Shown here in pieces: positions 23,415 through 26,687 of a stretch of 26,687 nucleotides of DNA (position 1 is its first letter; each line of letters opens with the position of its first letter). The DNA is taken from IMG/VR virus record IMGVR_UViG_3300017909_001794, positions 1 to 26,687 of that record; one strand, written 5' to 3'. The DNA comes from a virus. Taxonomy: Duplodnaviria > Caudoviricetes. A program made the translations under genes and the position numbers. Below the pieces are notes generated by a model. It was not told the DNA's origin, ran no database searches, and saw nothing but the letters and a program-made list of their open reading frames with translations.

Positions 23415-24790
23415 TGTCTAATTTTATTTCCCGTACTGGTCGTGTCCAAAGCTGGATTGATGACCCTGAATCCCGTCTGCCTGTCAGCTGCACCGTATTT
23501 GTAGTTGATGACTCCATGGAGGGTCCGGAAGGTATCGAAGCGTCTTGGCGTTTCGTAAGCCATGCTCTACGTTATGGTGCTGGTGTTGCAGTACATTTGT
23601 CTAATCTTCGACCTAAAGGTTCTGAGAATGGTAAAGGTTTGACAGCGAGTGGTCCCGTCAGTTTCGGTAAAATTTATTCTACACTTAACGAGATTCTTCG
23701 ACGTGGCGGTAAATTCAAAAATGGTGCTGTTGTCTTGCATCTTGATTGTGACCATGAGGATATTTTGGATTTTGTTACTACTCCACGACACGAACTTCCT
23801 TGGGTCAAGCGATGCGTCAACATCACTGATGACATGTGGTATGAGACACCATACAAGAAAGAAATCCTTCAAGGGATTGCATCCGGTGACATCTGGTTGA
23901 ACAAGATTAAGTACGATAAGAATGGCAAACGAGTGCGTGGTAATGTATGCCTAGAGGTATACCTACCCAGCCGTGGTACATGCCTTCTTCAACATGTTAA
24001 TCTTGGTGCTTGTGAGTTTGATGACATTCCCAAAGCCTTTACAGAAGGCATGGGTCAGCTGTGTGCTTTGCATTCAACCACTGGAGTAGAGAAATCCGGT
24101 GAGTACCTTGCTCCTGATATTGACAGACAAGTCGGACTTGGTATGCTTGGTTTGGCTAACCTGCTGCGCCGTGTAGGTGTCAGTTACGAACAGTTTGGCC
24201 GAGCACTTGAGCAGTACAACAGAGGTGAGATCGTACAAACACCAGCATTTGAGCTGGTATCACAATTTGCAAGCGGAGTTGAATCAGCGGCAAGCATTGC
24301 ACGGCAGTTTAATATGGAGCGTGCATTTGCCATTGCTCCCACCGCTAGCTGCAGCTACCGCAGCAAAGACATCGACGGCTACACTTGTACGCCAGAGATT
24401 GCACCACCTATTGCACGTCATGTTGATCGAGATTCTGGCACCCTTGGTGTTGAGTCGTACGATTATGGCAATGTAGAAGTTGCATCAGAGGTTGGCTGGG
24501 ACGCTTACAAGCGTGTTGCTGACGGCTTGATGACAATGCTTAATAGCACTGGACTTCTTCATGGGTATAGCTTCAACAGTTGGAGTGATGTCGTCACTTA
24601 TGATGACGCCTTTATCGAAGAGTGGCTAAAGAGTCCTCAAACGAGTCTTTACTACAGCCTCCAGGTTATGGGTGATACGCAAGATAAATCATCCGCTTAT
24701 GCAGCTCTTGAACAGACTGAAGTCGATGATTACCTTGCCTCCCTATTTTACAACAACAATGAAGACCTTACCTGTGATTGTCAAGAATGA
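23414..24790 (+). CDS. nrdA: Ribonucleotide reductase class I alpha subunit (minimal, cyanopodovirus type)
   Basis: PVSC, active site NVCLE, TCLL, IAPTASCS, Tyr pair SLYY, C-terminal CDC; no ATP cone. Confidence 0.93.
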   Translation: MSNFISRTGRVQSWIDDPESRLPVSCTVFVVDDSMEGPEGIEASWRFVSHALRYGAGVAVHLSNLRPKGSENGKGLTASGPVSFGKIYSTLNEILRRGGKFKNGAVVLHLDCDHEDILDFVTTPRHELPWVKRCVNITDDMWYETPYKKEILQGIASGDIWLNKIKYDKNGKRVRGNVCLEVYLPSRGTCLLQHVNLGACEFDDIPKAFTEGMGQLCALHSTTGVEKSGEYLAPDIDRQVGLGMLGLANLLRRVGVSYEQFGRALEQYNRGEIVQTPAFELVSQFASGVESAASIARQFNMERAFAIAPTASCSYRSKDIDGYTCTPEIAPPIARHVDRDSGTLGVESYDYGNVEVASEVGWDAYKRVADGLMTMLNSTGLLHGYSFNSWSDVVTYDDAFIEEWLKSPQTSLYYSLQVMGDTQDKSSAYAALEQTEVDDYLASLFYNNNEDLTCDCQE

Positions 24791-25503
24791 AAAATCCTTA
24801 CCAAAAACTACACGAACGGAAACGAACTTGGACACCTGTAGCTACAACAAAAGGGAACTGCAAGGAGGGTGCGGAGGAAACACTCCGCCGTGCTCTTGCC
24901 TTGCGACATATGGAACTACCTGTGGGAGATTTTATCCGTGATGCTTTGGCCTCTGAAATTCCACCTATGGCTAGGGAACTCTTGGAATCCAACGTCCAAG
25001 ATGAAATTAAACACGATCTCGCTTTGGGTTATGTCGCCGCTGCTTGGGATGTTGATCCGAAAGCTGAAAGGGAAGCCATCGCGTTGCGTAATGCGTGGAC
25101 AGAACATCCTGATCACACTATCGCTAAAGCGATGGTTGCTGAACGTGCAATCTTTTTCGTCCTATTACCCTTCTTTAGGTTTAATGGTGACGCGGGGATG
25201 AGAACTGTATCTGCTGACATTAGTAGAGATGAACAAGTACACGTGGCTGCCAATAGTCTTGTTACTCGGGAGTTGGGGATTGACATCAGTCCTTCTCTTG
25301 ATAAACTCCGTAAGGCGACTATCAATTGGGTAATGCAGCCTCTCGGCAAACATGCCGATAAATATTTGGACAAAAAATTTTGGCTGGATTCCAGTGACAG
25401 GCTGATGTATGAAGGAAAGGCACCAGAACTTTCTGACACCCGTCGCGCACGGATGCCTGCATTTTTTGAACATGCAAATCAAAACCTACCACAATATGCT
25501 TAA
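24787..25503 (+). CDS. nrdB: Ribonucleotide reductase class I beta subunit (ferritin-like)
   Basis: Ligand set HME, DEIKH, VAE, DEQVH; C-terminal Tyr (LPQYA); ATGA overlap with alpha. Confidence 0.85.
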   Translation: MKNPYQKLHERKRTWTPVATTKGNCKEGAEETLRRALALRHMELPVGDFIRDALASEIPPMARELLESNVQDEIKHDLALGYVAAAWDVDPKAEREAIALRNAWTEHPDHTIAKAMVAERAIFFVLLPFFRFNGDAGMRTVSADISRDEQVHVAANSLVTRELGIDISPSLDKLRKATINWVMQPLGKHADKYLDKKFWLDSSDRLMYEGKAPELSDTRRARMPAFFEHANQNLPQYA

Positions 25504-25660
25504 CTTAGGTTTGACTGTTGAAGGGTTGCTTGGGGAACTTGACCAGAAGTTCCCTGAGCACAGACCACTACCTGATGATTCCATTACACACATCATGTTC
25601 CGTGCTGGTCAACGGGACATCATTGATTGGATCCGACAACGTATCACAGAAGAATCATGA
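25496..25660 (+). CDS. Small conserved-type podovirus protein (gp6.5-like position)
   Basis: MLNLGLTVEGLLGELDQKFP..IMFRAGQRDIIDWIRQRI; overlaps at both ends. Confidence 0.75.
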   Translation: MLNLGLTVEGLLGELDQKFPEHRPLPDDSITHIMFRAGQRDIIDWIRQRITEES

Positions 25661-25962
25661 ATCAAGGCGATCTTTACATGGGTTCCACTTACGGAATCGT
25701 TGGATATAATAAAAAAGGTAAACCTATTTATGGTCATATGGCGCTACCTCCTAGCGCAATGCCTGCTCCTGCTCAACCACAACGAGCACAATACAAACCA
25801 CCTGTAACTAGACAACCAAACGCTAGCCTTGCACAAACACAGCAAGGTATCAAAAGTCCACGTAAGCCAAAACGTCGTGGTAACATTTCCCAGTTTCTTA
25901 TCTCCCTTGCTCAAGCAAATCAAGTAGGTGCAGGAGCTGGATCACCTCTTAACATTGGTTAA
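25657..25962 (+). CDS. Small basic virion protein (gp6.7/7.3-like position)
   Basis: Pro/Gln/Lys-rich, ending GAGSPLNIG; directly upstream of the portal. Confidence 0.65.
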   Translation: MNQGDLYMGSTYGIVGYNKKGKPIYGHMALPPSAMPAPAQPQRAQYKPPVTRQPNASLAQTQQGIKSPRKPKRRGNISQFLISLAQANQVGAGAGSPLNIG

Positions 25963-25966
25963 TTAA

Positions 25967-26687
25967 ATGACTGCTAAATCAAGGTACGATTCTCTTAGCG
26001 CCAGTCGCTCATCGTTTCTTGACATTGCTGTTCAATGCTCTGAACTTACCCTTCCTTATCTCATTCAACAGGAAGAGATGAGGACAACCCACAAACAATT
26101 GACACAACCTTGGCAAAGCGTAGGTGCAAAGGCTGTAGTAACGTTGGCATCTAAATTGATGCTGGCTCTACTGCCTCCACAAACTACGTTCTTCAAGTTA
26201 CAAATTGCAGATGAAAAGCTTGGCACTGAATTGCCACCTGAAATCCGCAGTGAACTTGACTTGAGCTTTGCTAAGATGGAGCGTATGGTTATGGATTCGA
26301 TTGCTGCTTCTAGTGATCGTGTCACTGTTCACCAAGCCATCAAACATCTTGTTGTTGGTGGTAACGCTCTTCTGTTTATGGGTAAGGAAGGTATTAAGCA
26401 TTACCCATTGAACCGTTATGTCGTAGAGCGTGATGGAAATGGCAACGTAATTGAAATCGTTACCAAAGAACTTATTAACAAAGAACTCCTACCAAAGGAG
26501 TTGACTCAGGATAAACTGTTGAGTCAAGACAACACTGTCAACACAATGAATGATGTTGAAGTGTACACCCACTGTAAGTTGCAAAACAATCGATGGGTAT
26601 GGCATCAGGAGGCCTTTGATAAAAAGGTTCCTGGCACTGAAGGCAAGGCTCCAAAGGATGCGTCACCATGGCTGGTGCTTAGGTTCA
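25967..26687 (+). CDS. Portal / head-tail connector (gp8-like), 3'-truncated
   Basis: MTAKSRYDSL..ELTLPYL..PWQSVGAKAVVTLASKLMLALLPPQTTFFKL..HLVVGGNALL; runs off the window, so it is missing from the ORF track. Confidence 0.97.
   Translation, partial: MTAKSRYDSLSASRSSFLDIAVQCSELTLPYLIQQEEMRTTHKQLTQPWQSVGAKAVVTLASKLMLALLPPQTTFFKLQIADEKLGTELPPEIRSELDLSFAKMERMVMDSIAASSDRVTVHQAIKHLVVGGNALLFMGKEGIKHYPLNRYVVERDGNGNVIEIVTKELINKELLPKELTQDKLLSQDNTVNTMNDVEVYTHCKLQNNRWVWHQEAFDKKVPGTEGKAPKDASPWLVLRF

Noticed and set aside
23414-24790. Class II (NrdJ) assignment of the RNR
   Set aside because: The YY radical-transfer pair and the adjacent ferritin-like beta gene indicate class I.
363-26401. Minus-strand ORFs in the track (e.g. 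6513-6788, 14660-15016, 17340-17735, 26065-26325)
   Set aside because: They lie antisense to well-supported plus-strand genes, carry no motifs, and T7-like genomes are unidirectional.

Overview
Almost all-plus-strand segment of a T7-like marine cyanopodovirus (Autographiviridae, P-SSP7/Syn5-like gene order), read across the junction of the genome ends. The order is: tail fibre/accessory genes, small membrane and secreted proteins, terS, HNH-like cluster, terL, thyX, a ~400 nt structured non-coding stretch (probable genome end/terminal repeat), early genes (KTSC-like, acidic Ocr-like, small ORFs), single-subunit RNA polymerase, ssb, endonuclease I, primase-helicase, DNA polymerase split in two overlapping frames, 5'-3' exonuclease, overlapping nblA-like gene, DUF3310, MazG-like, class I RNR alpha and beta, and the start of the portal. 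The most notable features are: a candidate -1 frameshift joining the polA exonuclease and polymerase domains; a 22-nt phage-promoter-like repeat found after terL and inside the RNAP gene; a switchable terminator-like leader followed by a hairpin with three tandem G.A mismatches; an nblA hidden in gene overlaps; an RNR beta lacking the radical Tyr; and a perfect 33-nt repeat bracketing an in-frame tail-fibre module. No integrase, tRNA, CRISPR or reverse transcriptase was seen. All calls come from motif recognition by eye; no database search was run.
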